NCBI GenBank assembly: GCA_040904565.1
Contig: JBBDTI010000031.1
Span: forward strand, 39,056-103,055
Source: Rhodothermales bacterium
GTDB taxonomy: Bacteria > Bacteroidota > Rhodothermia > Rhodothermales > VXPQ01
Length of the DNA stretch: 64,000 nt
Direction: 5' to 3'
The translations under genes and the position numbers were made by a program. Under the pieces are notes generated by a model. It was not told the origin of the DNA. It did not search any database and was given only the letters and a program-made list of their open reading frames with translations. Positions 27,582 through 37,594 of this stretch are shown in pieces (within the stretch, counting starts at the first letter, position 1; each line of letters opens with the position of its first letter).

Positions 27582-29669
27582 GTGGCCCGCCGATTCGTAC
27601 TGAAATCAGATGATCGTGACGGGCTGGACGGCCAGCTCACGATCGATTATGCGGCGGAGCTGAACGAACAGCAGCTGGCAGCGGCCACGGCGTCGGGGGG
27701 ACCCATACTGGTCGTCGCGGGCGCCGGTACCGGCAAGACGCGGACGCTCGTATATCGGGTAGCCTATCTCGTCGAGACGGGCGTCGAGCCGGATCAGATC
27801 GTGCTGCTGACCTTCACCCGTCGGTCTGCCCGAGAGATGCTGACCCGCGCCGCAACGCTGCTCGACGGTCGCTGCACGCGCGTGGCCGGAGGGACGTTTC
27901 ATTCGTTCTCTCTCGGCATCCTGCGCCGTTACGCCGGTATGCTCGGCTATCCTAACCATTTCAACATCCTGGATGCGGCCGATGCGGCTGACGTGGTCGA
28001 CGTGCTGCGCACCAGGAAGGGGCTGCATCGGACCGACAAGCGCTTTCCCCGGAAAAAGACCATCCACACGATCTTCTCGTCCGCCACCAATCGCGGCCAA
28101 CCGCTCGAAGAGTTGCTGGAGTCGAAGTATCCTCAGTTTTTCGAGTTCGTCGACGAACTCGCGGAGCTTCGAGGCGCCTATGCCGAATACAAGCGGGATC
28201 ACGGTCTGATGGACTACGACGATCTGCTGCTGCGCACGCTGGAGCTCTTCGACGATCATCCGAACGTGGAGAAGCAGGTCGCCGCCGGCTGCCGTCACGT
28301 GCTCGTCGACGAGTATCAGGACACGAACCGTCTTCAGGCGGAGCTCGTAGCGCGATTCGCGTCGGTGCACGGCAACGTGATGGTCGTGGGGGACGATGCC
28401 CAGAGCATCTATCGGTTTCGTGGGGCGGACTTCCGAAACATCTTCGAGTATCCACAGCGATTCGACGGTGCACGCGTGCTCAAGCTGGAGAAGAATTACC
28501 GATCTAATCAGCCGATTCTAGACCTGGCCAACCATCTCATCCGGAAGGCCTCGCGAAAGTATGAAAAGACGCTGCACAGCGACATCAAGGGAGGGGAGCG
28601 GCCGGCCGTCGTCCCGGCGCCCGACGATCGGGACGAGAGCCGCTTCGTGAGTCAGATGGTGCTTCACCTCCGCGAGCAGGGCGTGGCTCTCAACCGAATG
28701 GCCGTGCTGTTTCGAAGCAGCTTCAACTCGTACGATCTCGAGATCGAGCTGAACCGTCACAATATCCCGTTCGTGAAATACGGCGGACTAAAACTGAGTG
28801 AAGCGGCGCACATCAAGGACGCAGCCGCCCATCTCAAGGTGGTCGAGAATCCGATGGATGCCATTTCGTGGAACCGCGTCCTTCAGCTCCTGGACGGAAT
28901 CGGGCCGAAGACGGCGGCGGATCTCATCGACTGGATCACGGCGGCCGAAGAGGACCCGTTCCTCATAGAAGATCGGCCGTTTTCGCCGCGCTACGTCGAT
29001 GAGATCAAGAAACTGTTCGAGATGTTGCGTAAGCTTCGCAACGGCGACCTTGCACTGGTCGACCAGGTGGAAGCCGTCGTCACGTATTACGAACCCATTC
29101 TTAAGCGGCGCTATTACGAGGATTATCCGAAGCGCCTGCAGGACCTCGAGCATTTTGTGGCGCTGGCCGGAAATTTCGAGGAGCGAGGCGCCTTTCTGGC
29201 CTCCATGGCGCTCGATCCTATCGAACTGACGGCGCTCGACGCCGATCCGTCAGAGGAGGATGAGGCGCCCCTCGTGCTGTCCACCATTCATTCGGCGAAG
29301 GGTCTCGAATTCCATACGGTGTTCATCATTCACGCGCTCGACGGCGTCCTTCCGTCAGGCTATGCCTTGAAGGATCCCGATGCGATCGACGAAGAGCTCC
29401 GCCTGCTGTACGTGGCCGTGACGCGGGCCGAGGAGAATCTGTTCATCTCGTATCCTATTTTGCAGTATCGGCGGTATCAGGGGCAGTACCTGACCGAACC
29501 GAGCCGTTTTATTCAGGACGTACCCGATAATTTGCTCGAAGAAATGAAGCTCGTTGAGGAAGAGTCGACCTCGCTCCCCGAGACCGGGGAGGTGCCACTC
29601 CTCGGAGGGCGCGGGCCGGACGACCCGTCGCGGTCGGAGTCCGAATCGGATGACGCATTGCCGTTCTGA
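27582..29669 (+). CDS. UvrD/Rep/PcrA family ATP-dependent DNA helicase
   Basis: AGAGTGKT, TFTRR, VDEYQDTN, GDDAQSIY.FRGA, NYRS, STIHSAKGLEF, YVAVTRA. Confidence 0.95.
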   Translation: MARRFVLKSDDRDGLDGQLTIDYAAELNEQQLAAATASGGPILVVAGAGTGKTRTLVYRVAYLVETGVEPDQIVLLTFTRRSAREMLTRAATLLDGRCTRVAGGTFHSFSLGILRRYAGMLGYPNHFNILDAADAADVVDVLRTRKGLHRTDKRFPRKKTIHTIFSSATNRGQPLEELLESKYPQFFEFVDELAELRGAYAEYKRDHGLMDYDDLLLRTLELFDDHPNVEKQVAAGCRHVLVDEYQDTNRLQAELVARFASVHGNVMVVGDDAQSIYRFRGADFRNIFEYPQRFDGARVLKLEKNYRSNQPILDLANHLIRKASRKYEKTLHSDIKGGERPAVVPAPDDRDESRFVSQMVLHLREQGVALNRMAVLFRSSFNSYDLEIELNRHNIPFVKYGGLKLSEAAHIKDAAAHLKVVENPMDAISWNRVLQLLDGIGPKTAADLIDWITAAEEDPFLIEDRPFSPRYVDEIKKLFEMLRKLRNGDLALVDQVEAVVTYYEPILKRRYYEDYPKRLQDLEHFVALAGNFEERGAFLASMALDPIELTALDADPSEEDEAPLVLSTIHSAKGLEFHTVFIIHALDGVLPSGYALKDPDAIDEELRLLYVAVTRAEENLFISYPILQYRRYQGQYLTEPSRFIQDVPDNLLEEMKLVEEESTSLPETGEVPLLGGRGPDDPSRSESESDDALPF

Positions 29670-29675
29670 TCGACC

Positions 29676-30149
29676 ATGAGCGTACGTCCCGCGAAGAGTT
29701 CTTTCCTCTCTCACCCGGATGCCGGTACACGGATCGAGGAAGTAGATTTCGACGCTATCGAGACGATCCGGGAGATGAACGTCGCCATCTTCGATGAGGT
29801 ACGCATCATCAATACGTTCGACCGGGAAGACCTGATGATGCTGATCGCGTGGGTGGAGGATCGGCCGGCCGGTTTTAAGGTCGGCTATCGCGAGAACCGC
29901 TTCGCCTTCTACAGCGCCAAAGGCGGTGTGCTGCCGGAATATCGCCGGCAGGGTCTGGCACGACAGCTGTTGCTGTACATGATGGAGGAAGCCAGGCGCC
30001 GCGGGTACGTCCGCCTCACGTACGATACCTTCCCGAATCGCGATCGGGGGATGACGATTCTGGGCCTCAACGAAGGGTTTCGCGTCGTGAAGGCCGATTT
30101 TAACAAAACCTACAAGGACTGGCGACTACGACTCGAAAAACGGCTCTAG
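29676..30149 (+). CDS. GNAT family N-acetyltransferase
   Basis: Motif A GGVLPEYRRQGLA. Confidence 0.85.
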   Translation: MSVRPAKSSFLSHPDAGTRIEEVDFDAIETIREMNVAIFDEVRIINTFDREDLMMLIAWVEDRPAGFKVGYRENRFAFYSAKGGVLPEYRRQGLARQLLLYMMEEARRRGYVRLTYDTFPNRDRGMTILGLNEGFRVVKADFNKTYKDWRLRLEKRL

Positions 30150-30177
30150 CGAGGACGTCCTTCGGCCACCCGAGGCA

Positions 30178-30336
30178 CTAGAACAGGGCGTAGACGAAGG
30201 GTGCCAGCGCCGACCCCTGCGTCATAACCATAAGCAGGCTCAGCATGACGAGCATCAGAACGATGGGCGCCAGCCAGAATTTTTTGCGGATGCGCAGGAA
30301 GGTCCAAAATTCGCGAAGAATGGAAGTTTTTGCCAT
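30178..30336 (-). CDS. DUF5989 family small membrane protein (52 aa)
   Basis: Manual translation MAKTSILREFWTFLRIRKKFWLAPIVLMLVMLSLLMVMTQGSALAPFVYALF; below ORF-track size cutoff. Confidence 0.85.
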   Translation of the reverse strand: MAKTSILREFWTFLRIRKKFWLAPIVLMLVMLSLLMVMTQGSALAPFVYALF

Positions 30337-30435
30337 GAGTTGGGCTGGTATGGACGTTGGAGAGCGTTGTATTCTGGCCGTACTCGACGGCGACGTGCGG
30401 GGTCGCCGCGCACCTCGGATAATTACTCCAATTTC

Positions 30436-31140
30436 ATGCCGAACACAGATTCTGCCAAGCTAGCCGCCGGAAAACATGCGGCTGCACTCGTTGAAAACGG
30501 GATGCACGTCGGCCTGGGTACCGGGTCTACGACGGCTTTTGCGCTCGAAGAGCTCGGGCGGCGCATTCGCGAGGAGGGGTTGTCCGTCGTCGGGACGCCC
30601 ACGTCGTCCGCTTCGGAACGGATGGCCCGGCGCGTCGGAATACCCCTCGTAAGCCTCGACGAGGTGGATCGGCTCGACATCGCGCTGGACGGAGCCGATG
30701 AGGTCGATCCTGATCTGAACCTGATCAAGGGACGAGGTGCGGCGCATACACGCGAGAAGATCGTGGCATCGCTGGCCGACCGGTTCGTCGTGCTGGCTGA
30801 CGAATCGAAGCTGGTCGAGCGTCTGGGCGTTCGGGCGCCCGTACCCGTCGAGGTACTTCCCATGGCCGCGCATCCCGTCGAACGGGCTCTTGCACGACTG
30901 GGCGGCGCGGCGGTGCTGCGCATGGGGCAACGGAAGGACGGCCCCGTGGTGACCGATCAAGGTTTCTGGATCCTCGACGTGACCTTCGAAGGGATCGACG
31001 ATCCTGACGGATTGAATGCGGCCATCAAGCAGCTTCCGGGGGTTCTCGATCACGGCCTGTTCGTTCACCTGGCCTCGGATGTGATCGTCGGACAGGAAAA
31101 CGGTACGTATCGGGTCATCTCCACCGACGACTCGACGTAA
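30436..31140 (+). CDS. rpiA: Ribose-5-phosphate isomerase A
   Basis: GLGTGSTT, DGADEVD, IKGRGAAHTREK, VTDQG. Confidence 0.96.
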   Translation: MPNTDSAKLAAGKHAAALVENGMHVGLGTGSTTAFALEELGRRIREEGLSVVGTPTSSASERMARRVGIPLVSLDEVDRLDIALDGADEVDPDLNLIKGRGAAHTREKIVASLADRFVVLADESKLVERLGVRAPVPVEVLPMAAHPVERALARLGGAAVLRMGQRKDGPVVTDQGFWILDVTFEGIDDPDGLNAAIKQLPGVLDHGLFVHLASDVIVGQENGTYRVISTDDST

Positions 31141-31183
31141 GCGCGATGGCGTAAGGATCTATAGTTCTGAGCGCGCGAAGGCG

Positions 31184-31735
31184 TCAGCTTCCATGGCTCG
31201 GTGGGAAGATTTCGGATACGTGCAGCGTGTCGCCTCCCGGCAAATGCAGGTCCGTCGGTGTTTCTCGAAGCGCATAGACGTTTCGCTCGGGCAGGCTATA
31301 GACGTCGACGATGCGCTCGTGGACGTCTACGATCCACACTATCGGGACGCCGGCACGTGCGTAGCGTTCGAGCTTGACGTCCCTGTCGTAGGCGATGCTC
31401 GTGTCCGCCACCTCGACGACCACCAGCGCATGCGGACCGAGAATAGGCCCGTCCGGGTCCCGATCCGGACGTAAGATGACGAGATCGGGCTGCGGCTCGG
31501 TGTACGCGGAGAGCCGCAGCGGATTCCGTGGGCTGATCGGAAAGGGCGTTCGGTGGATACAGAGCCGCGTCAGCTTGGTGACGGTGTTCGCGTGCGGCCA
31601 GCCGATCGGTTCCATGACGATCAATCGACCGTCGATCAGCTCCACGCGGTCGTCGTCGTTAAGAATGCCCGCTTCCACCATCGCGTGCATGTCGTCCGCC
31701 GAGATGCGCCGAAGCGGCGCGTCGGCCAGGTTCAT
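31184..31735 (-). CDS. Uma2/DUF820 family endonuclease-like protein
   Basis: ELIDG, PQPDL, VVEVADTS..YDR.VK..YARAGVP. Confidence 0.9.
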   Translation of the reverse strand: MNLADAPLRRISADDMHAMVEAGILNDDDRVELIDGRLIVMEPIGWPHANTVTKLTRLCIHRTPFPISPRNPLRLSAYTEPQPDLVILRPDRDPDGPILGPHALVVVEVADTSIAYDRDVKLERYARAGVPIVWIVDVHERIVDVYSLPERNVYALRETPTDLHLPGGDTLHVSEIFPPSHGS

Positions 31736-31812
31736 GGCGGTCTCCGGTTGATGCATCGTCCAGCGTTCTCGCATATAGACACGCTCGGCGTCGCCGCATA
31801 ACCTCCAACAAC

Positions 31813-31847
31813 AAAAAAGCCCCGCTCACAGAGGAGCGGGGCTTCTT
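31813..31847 (-). terminator. Intrinsic terminator downstream of tonB
   Basis: AAGCCCCGCTC-6 nt-GAGCGGGGCTT with an A6 tract (U-tract on minus strand). Confidence 0.85.
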
Positions 31848-31960
31848 GATACGTGTTGATACGTGTCTGGCGGACGATGATACGGACGACCCCGTTTGGA
31901 GGGCGTATGCAGCCCGCACGAAATCCGGCCGCCGCGCATCCCGAGAACCAGGTGAACCGG

Positions 31961-32623
31961 TTAGTTAAGCCGGAACGTGATCGGGAGCGACATCTTTACC
32001 TTGACGGGACGACCGCGCTGCTGGCCGGGCGTAAACGTTGCCTGCCGCACGGCACGGACGGCTTCTTCGTCGCATCCGGCACCGATGCCGCGGACGACGA
32101 CGGGATCCTGCACGTTACCCTGTTCGTCGACGACGAACTGAACGATGACCCGCCCTTCGACGCCGGCCTTTTTGGCGATTTCCGGATACTTGATCTTGCT
32201 CTGGATGGAGTTCAGCCCGCCGATCAATTCGGGCATCTGCTCCACGATAACGAAGATTTCCGGCTCCTCTTCTTCTTCCTCTTCAACAGGCGGCGGAGGC
32301 GGCGGTGCCGCGGCCACCGGCGCGTCCAGATCCAGCGACGCATCCAGGTCGAGTGCTACATCTTCCAGGACCTCGTCGTTCGGTACCTCAACGGGGACCG
32401 GAGGCTTCGGCGGAGGCGGCGGCTGCTCGATCTGCGTCGTCTGCTGCACCTCTTCCATGGTAATCTGCTCCTGCTCCGGCATGTCGATCTTGAAATCTGA
32501 ATTCGAGGACCAGTCGACGCGGAACCCGACAATCAGGACACCCAGTGCCACGACGAGACCGATCTCGATGTAGAGCGGATACCTGTTGTGCAGGTTAGCA
32601 TTGTCTTCTTTGCGTACGGGCAT
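31961..32623 (-). CDS. tonB: Energy transducer TonB
   Basis: N-terminal TM, Pro-rich linker, YPEIAKKAGVEGRV.VQFVV, PGQQRGRPV.V. Confidence 0.93.
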   Translation of the reverse strand: MPVRKEDNANLHNRYPLYIEIGLVVALGVLIVGFRVDWSSNSDFKIDMPEQEQITMEEVQQTTQIEQPPPPPKPPVPVEVPNDEVLEDVALDLDASLDLDAPVAAAPPPPPPVEEEEEEEPEIFVIVEQMPELIGGLNSIQSKIKYPEIAKKAGVEGRVIVQFVVDEQGNVQDPVVVRGIGAGCDEEAVRAVRQATFTPGQQRGRPVKVKMSLPITFRLN

Positions 32624-32635
32624 GTCGGCGGTCTC

Positions 32636-32668
32636 TGTAAGTACGGTGTAAGTACGGCGTAAGTACGG
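32636..32668. repeat. Three tandem 11-bp repeats YGTAAGTACGG upstream of tonB start
   Basis: TGTAAGTACGG TGTAAGTACGG CGTAAGTACGG. Confidence 0.9.
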
Positions 32669-32766
32669 CGATCGGATAAACAGGCCGGGATGAAACGTGG
32701 GATCCCCGCCGGTAACGTTTCACTAGAACTGCTCAACCTCCGGAAATCGAATTCGGTTCCGTGAAT

Positions 32767-33192
32767 TCAGTCCGGGCGTGTGGGCTTAGGTGGTCTTTCT
32801 GTCGCCGCGCTAGACGTGGGGTCATGTCCACCGGAGGATGGGGGATGCCTGGAGGGGCGCCAGAAGAGGTAACCCGCGACGCCGCTGAGGAGTCCGGCCG
32901 TGTTGGCCAGGGCGTCGAACAGATCCGGATCGCGGTGGAAGGGAATCAGTCCCTGATAGATCTCCGTTCCACCGGCGAGCAGGAGTCCGGCTACGATTAC
33001 GTTTCGCACGGCGGACGTCCGACCGTTGCGGGTCACGTGGAGCCAGAGGACGGCGAAGCCGACGAATAATCCGAAGTGAACGAACTTATCGGCTCCCACA
33101 ATGCTCGTTCCGGGGAGGTTCTGGCCCGGGAGGGTGCACAGGGCTACGATGAGCAGCGTCCAGCCGACGGCGGCGGCAAATCTCCAGGTCAT
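32767..33192 (-). CDS. VanZ family membrane protein
   Basis: DKFVHFGLF, TEIYQ..IP.R, DALANTAG; ATGA overlap with nnr stop. Confidence 0.88.
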   Translation of the reverse strand: MTWRFAAAVGWTLLIVALCTLPGQNLPGTSIVGADKFVHFGLFVGFAVLWLHVTRNGRTSAVRNVIVAGLLLAGGTEIYQGLIPFHRDPDLFDALANTAGLLSGVAGYLFWRPSRHPPSSGGHDPTSSAATERPPKPTRPD

Positions 33193-34781
33193 GAATGAAG
33201 TCGATCCTTCATGACGGGAGGAAGCGAATCGAGCAGATCCATGGCCTGCAAGGAGCGGGCGGATCGGTCCCGTGTATACCGGTCGGCTGCCGCTCCCCCC
33301 AGATGAAGTGCGGAGATGGCGGCCTGCTCCGGGCTGAGTCCCTGGGCGAGGAGTCCTACGCACAATCCGGCCAGTACGTCGCCGGTACCGGCGGAGGCGA
33401 GCGCGGGTCCGCCCGTGGCGTTGATCCATGCGGACCCATCTGGGGTGGCGGTTACGCTCGGCAATCCCTTCAGGATGAGCACGCAGTTCCACGCCCGGGC
33501 GAAGTGCTGCGCGAGGGCGACGCGGTCGTCAGGATCGATATCCACCGCATCGAGCTCGCGGCCGGCGAGGCGTCTAAATTCGCCCATATGCGGGGTAAGG
33601 ATCCAGCGACCACGAGCGTGCTCGGTGATAAAATCTGTCTGTCCAGAAAGTGCGTTGAGTCCGTCCGCGTCGATTACGACGGGCAGCCGTGCGCTTTCAA
33701 GGAGCCGCCGCACGAACTCCTGCGTATCGGGAGCTCGCCCGAGGCCGCAGCCTACCAGCAGGGCGCCGGCTTTCTCGAGCCGCGGGCTCAGTGCCTCCAG
33801 CCCACCATCAGGACCGATGCCGCGGTCGGAGGCCGGTAGCGGTATGGTGGTAATCTCCGTAAGTTTGCCGGCGAGCACGTCCTGAATCCGTTCGTCGCAA
33901 CCGCAAACGACGTAGCCGGCGCCGACGCGTGCTGCTGCCGAAGCCGCCATCACGGGGGCCCCGGTCATGCCCCTTGACCCTGCGACGACGAGGGCGAGTC
34001 CGACCGAATACTTATGGGCATCGCCCCCGCGCTCGGGCATCCACCCGCGAACGATATCATCGGAGGAGAGGCGAGCGCATCCGGATCCGTGCTCCTCGCC
34101 GGCGCGGAGGAGCGCGAAGTGCGGGATGCCGATTTCGAGGACCTCGACGCGGCCGGCGTACGAGGGGCCATCGTTGAGGAGCAGGCCGGGCTTGGCCGCG
34201 CCCATCGTATAGGTTTCGTCGGCACGGAAGGCCACGCCGAGCGGCCTCCCGACGTCGGCGTGCAGTCCGGTCGGAATGTCTACCGCGACCTTCTGGCCGG
34301 ACGCTGCGTTAAGTCGGGCAACGAGTCCGCGCACGGGTTCCCGTAGATCGCTCGTCAGACCCGTTCCCAGCAGCGCGTCGACGTGCACGTCGACGTCCGG
34401 CAGCGGTGCGTCGTCTTCCAGCCGGGCGATATGCAGTCGGGAATCGGGCATCGTACTGCCGAGACGTTCGAGAAGCTCGAAATGGGCGTCGGCATCGGTG
34501 GACATCGAGCCAGGCCCGGCGAGATGGATGACGTGTACGTCTGCACCCGCGTCGCAAAGGTAGCGCGCGATGACGAATCCGTCACCGCCGTTGTTGCCCT
34601 TCCCGCAGTAGATGGCGAACGACGCGGCCGATCCGAAGCGGCGAAGCAGCTCGTACGCGGCACCGCGCCCGGCCGATTCCATCAGCGTGAAGCCCGGAAT
34701 GCCGAATCGATCGATCGTGTACGCATCCGCCGCTCGCATGGCGGCGGCGGTCAAAACGGGTGTCATCGCGTGCTCCATCAT
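33189..34781 (-). CDS. nnr: Bifunctional NAD(P)H-hydrate epimerase/dehydratase
   Basis: LMESAG, GKGNNGGDG, DALLGTG, DIPTG, DADGLN, LTPHMGE, AGTGDVLAG. Confidence 0.95.
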   Translation of the reverse strand: MMEHAMTPVLTAAAMRAADAYTIDRFGIPGFTLMESAGRGAAYELLRRFGSAASFAIYCGKGNNGGDGFVIARYLCDAGADVHVIHLAGPGSMSTDADAHFELLERLGSTMPDSRLHIARLEDDAPLPDVDVHVDALLGTGLTSDLREPVRGLVARLNAASGQKVAVDIPTGLHADVGRPLGVAFRADETYTMGAAKPGLLLNDGPSYAGRVEVLEIGIPHFALLRAGEEHGSGCARLSSDDIVRGWMPERGGDAHKYSVGLALVVAGSRGMTGAPVMAASAAARVGAGYVVCGCDERIQDVLAGKLTEITTIPLPASDRGIGPDGGLEALSPRLEKAGALLVGCGLGRAPDTQEFVRRLLESARLPVVIDADGLNALSGQTDFITEHARGRWILTPHMGEFRRLAGRELDAVDIDPDDRVALAQHFARAWNCVLILKGLPSVTATPDGSAWINATGGPALASAGTGDVLAGLCVGLLAQGLSPEQAAISALHLGGAAADRYTRDRSARSLQAMDLLDSLPPVMKDRLHS

Positions 34782-36523
34782 GGATTTGAAATGACCTGGC
34801 TCTCGCGAATCCGAAGCGTATCGGCCAGGGATGTTTCCCAGCGTGCGCGAACACGTACGGAATCGGCCTGCCAGACGACGGGCTCCGGCGGTACGTACGG
34901 ACGAAGCGAGCCGCCGTCCCAGCTCCCGCTGGCATTGCGATCGCCGTACGCGCGAAGCCTGTACGTGCCGGCTGGAAGTCCGTCCGATACAAACGAGCCC
35001 GTAGAGTCGGGCGTGAGGACGAAGTCGGGCACGTCGACCTCTACGGCGACAGGGTGAATTTCCACGATGACGGGGTGTACGTCGGACTCGACGATGCCCC
35101 GGATCTCACCCATCTCTGCAGGCGGGATGCGGCGGAATGCCGTCGAAAAGAGCGAGTCGATGCCGGCCAGTGCCGAGCCGTCGACGCGCAGCTCGATGGG
35201 ATAGGTCGGTGAGAGCGGAGGGTCTGAGATAAACCGGTAGGTAGTGCCGTCATCGGTCAGCGCGGAATAGGCCAGCGGACGGCCCGTAGAATCGATTAGC
35301 TGGATTGCCGCTTCGAGCATGGACGCATCAAGCGGCACGTTGAAACGCGCTCCGGGCTCGACCCCGTGCGGAAGCACATAATCCGTCGCCTGGCCGTCCA
35401 TCGGCAAGAAACCCAGGAATCGAGGCTGAAGCGTATCCGGGGCGATCGATGCCGTAAAGGTGACGACGTCGTCGACGACGGGATTGGCGCTCGTATCGGC
35501 GAGAGCCGACGGGCTAACGCGGTGCGACGTTTCATCGAGCGGCGGGGACGTGAAGAAGACCTGGCGGGGAGCGTCCGGGAAGATGTAGAGCTCGCGCAGG
35601 TCGATGCGGGCATCCGTCGTCGAATCCCGCAGCTCCCAGTTCGACGGATCGCGATCGAGGAAGCGCACCGGTTCGGAGAAGTACAGGGTGTGGCGGGTGG
35701 TGGACAGCGACTGAACGCGGAGGGGCAGCGGAGGCGTCGTGTCCAGTCGCGTCAGTACCCAGGGTCGGTCGAGTACCGTCGACGCTGAATCAGCATACAG
35801 CGCCCGTACGGGAGGTGCCGCAAACTCTTCCGTCGGATCGGGTGCCAGATTCCGATTTTGATCGCGAACGGCCGTAACGAAATAGAACTCCTCGGTGAGA
35901 TATTCGAACCGAAATGAGCCGGACCGGTCGGTCTGCGTCCGGTAAGCGGGCGGACCCGCCGCCGTCCGCGGCGCGGCGGCGCCGGGATCGCCGTTCAGGA
36001 AGGCGTCGTCGATGGAAGCACTGTCTCCCAGCGCATAGGCAAAGACGTTCACGTCGGCGGCCGGCATACCCGTACGGGGATGCACCACGCGTCCCTCGAG
36101 CGTTCCGGCATTAATGACGGGACCGGTTGAAAACGCGAGGGTCAGTGGAGATGAGAGTGATACCCCGCGAACGTCGCTGAGGCTGTTGTCCAGGCTGACA
36201 ACGTACGTCGTGTTGGCGCGAAGTGCTTCAGCAAAGCGTACTTCTACGCTTCGGCGGCTCCAGTCGATCTCGGGCGGTGCGGTGGGCGAGGGGGTGATAG
36301 ACAATGCTCTGCTGAACGAGGTTTGATCGACGTATTCGGAGAACGTGATGCGGATCGACGAGCGCGATACGTTCACGGCTCCAGGCGACGGCACACTTTC
36401 CACGATGGTCGGAGGCGTGTTGTCCACCGGACCGCCTGCGGGAGGCATGGGGGTAGCACACGAGCCCAGCAGCAGGCCGACGAGCAGAAGTCCGACCAGC
36501 AGCGTCATACACGATCGCGTCAT
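34778..36523 (-). CDS. Ig-like (Big_5) domain lipoprotein
   Basis: Lipobox LLGSC, PAGGPVD.TPP, FSEYV, FSTG; C-terminal D.N.SG.WD.G. Confidence 0.82.
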   Translation of the reverse strand: MTRSCMTLLVGLLLVGLLLGSCATPMPPAGGPVDNTPPTIVESVPSPGAVNVSRSSIRITFSEYVDQTSFSRALSITPSPTAPPEIDWSRRSVEVRFAEALRANTTYVVSLDNSLSDVRGVSLSSPLTLAFSTGPVINAGTLEGRVVHPRTGMPAADVNVFAYALGDSASIDDAFLNGDPGAAAPRTAAGPPAYRTQTDRSGSFRFEYLTEEFYFVTAVRDQNRNLAPDPTEEFAAPPVRALYADSASTVLDRPWVLTRLDTTPPLPLRVQSLSTTRHTLYFSEPVRFLDRDPSNWELRDSTTDARIDLRELYIFPDAPRQVFFTSPPLDETSHRVSPSALADTSANPVVDDVVTFTASIAPDTLQPRFLGFLPMDGQATDYVLPHGVEPGARFNVPLDASMLEAAIQLIDSTGRPLAYSALTDDGTTYRFISDPPLSPTYPIELRVDGSALAGIDSLFSTAFRRIPPAEMGEIRGIVESDVHPVIVEIHPVAVEVDVPDFVLTPDSTGSFVSDGLPAGTYRLRAYGDRNASGSWDGGSLRPYVPPEPVVWQADSVRVRARWETSLADTLRIRESQVISNP

Positions 36524-37290
36524 GAGCCGTCTCCACCCGCCGATCGGAGCGTAAAAAACAGGTACACGGCTACGGCGGTGGCTGCCGTAACGACGGCGGG
36601 CTCGATCAGGCGCCTGTAGCGGCCGGCAGGGGGCAGCTCGCCCTGTGTCTCGGGATACTCCTCGTGCTCCACCGCGTCTACGTCGCCCCGCGCGATCACG
36701 TCGGAGCGTCGCCCGGCGCACCGGTCGTCGACGAGGACGCGTCCGTCCGGGTTGCTGACCGAGTATCGCAGTGAAAGATGAACGTTTCGCGAGAGGCGGC
36801 TTGACGACCGGGTATAGGCGACGCGTGCCTCTTCCAGGGCGATCGTGACGCGTGCGCGATCGCCGGCCGTACCATCCGCGATATCCGCGATGAAGACCGC
36901 ATGTCCGTTCGACTGCCAGACCGAGACGAGGGCAGAGCGCACGTACGGCATCTCATTCGGTGCGGTTAGCACCACGTCACGGACCCCTTGTGGCAGCTCG
37001 CCCAGACATTCAACGGCAATGTCCTGGAAGAGCGAGAGATTGGTGGATTGTGCACCGGCCGAACCGGTGCACAACGCAAGGATGGCGATCAGGAGCGGCA
37101 CGGCCGATCGCCGGCCGAACGGCGCCGGGCAGATGGGCGACGGCCTTTTCGACGATCGCCGCCCGTTGACGGCCGCCCGCCTGCAGGTAGGTGCCCACGG
37201 ACCCGCCGGCAGGCCCGCACGTCCGGCGGCGCAGCTCGACGTCGATTGAATGATCGGCTTCAAGAACATGCGTTGAACGCTGAATCGCAT
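36520..37290 (-). CDS. Hypothetical exported/membrane-anchored protein (start uncertain, may be near 37101)
   Basis: Signal-like PLLIAILALCTGSAGA, C-terminal TM IEPAVVTAATAVAVYLFFTLRS; ATGA overlap with next gene. Confidence 0.65.
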   Translation of the reverse strand: MRFSVQRMFLKPIIQSTSSCAAGRAGLPAGPWAPTCRRAAVNGRRSSKRPSPICPAPFGRRSAVPLLIAILALCTGSAGAQSTNLSLFQDIAVECLGELPQGVRDVVLTAPNEMPYVRSALVSVWQSNGHAVFIADIADGTAGDRARVTIALEEARVAYTRSSSRLSRNVHLSLRYSVSNPDGRVLVDDRCAGRRSDVIARGDVDAVEHEEYPETQGELPPAGRYRRLIEPAVVTAATAVAVYLFFTLRSAGGDGS

Positions 37291-37594
37291 AGGCTCCGCT
37301 CCGGGCGAGGGCCGTGATGGTCGAACGTGTAGGCGGCCGAGATCCGTCGCCTGGTTCGGGGTTGATCGAGGGTTGATCGAGGCCCGGTCACGGGTTCGTC
37401 GCGGACTGATCCATAATAACAAACGACGGCACGGCGGGCATGGTATCTCCGCTAAAAGCGCCGACCGCCGGTCCACGGCCCGCCGGGTCGACCGAAGCAG
37501 GAGATCGCTAACCGGGGATCTAACCCAGTGTTTCTACGTCGGAATCGCACGAGAGGCAGAATTTCACAACGGGCACCTGGGGACCCCATTACGT

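Noticed and set aside
37358-37382. Tandem GGGTTGATCGA x2 in intergenic DNA
   Set aside because: Only two copies and no supporting context; likely local slippage
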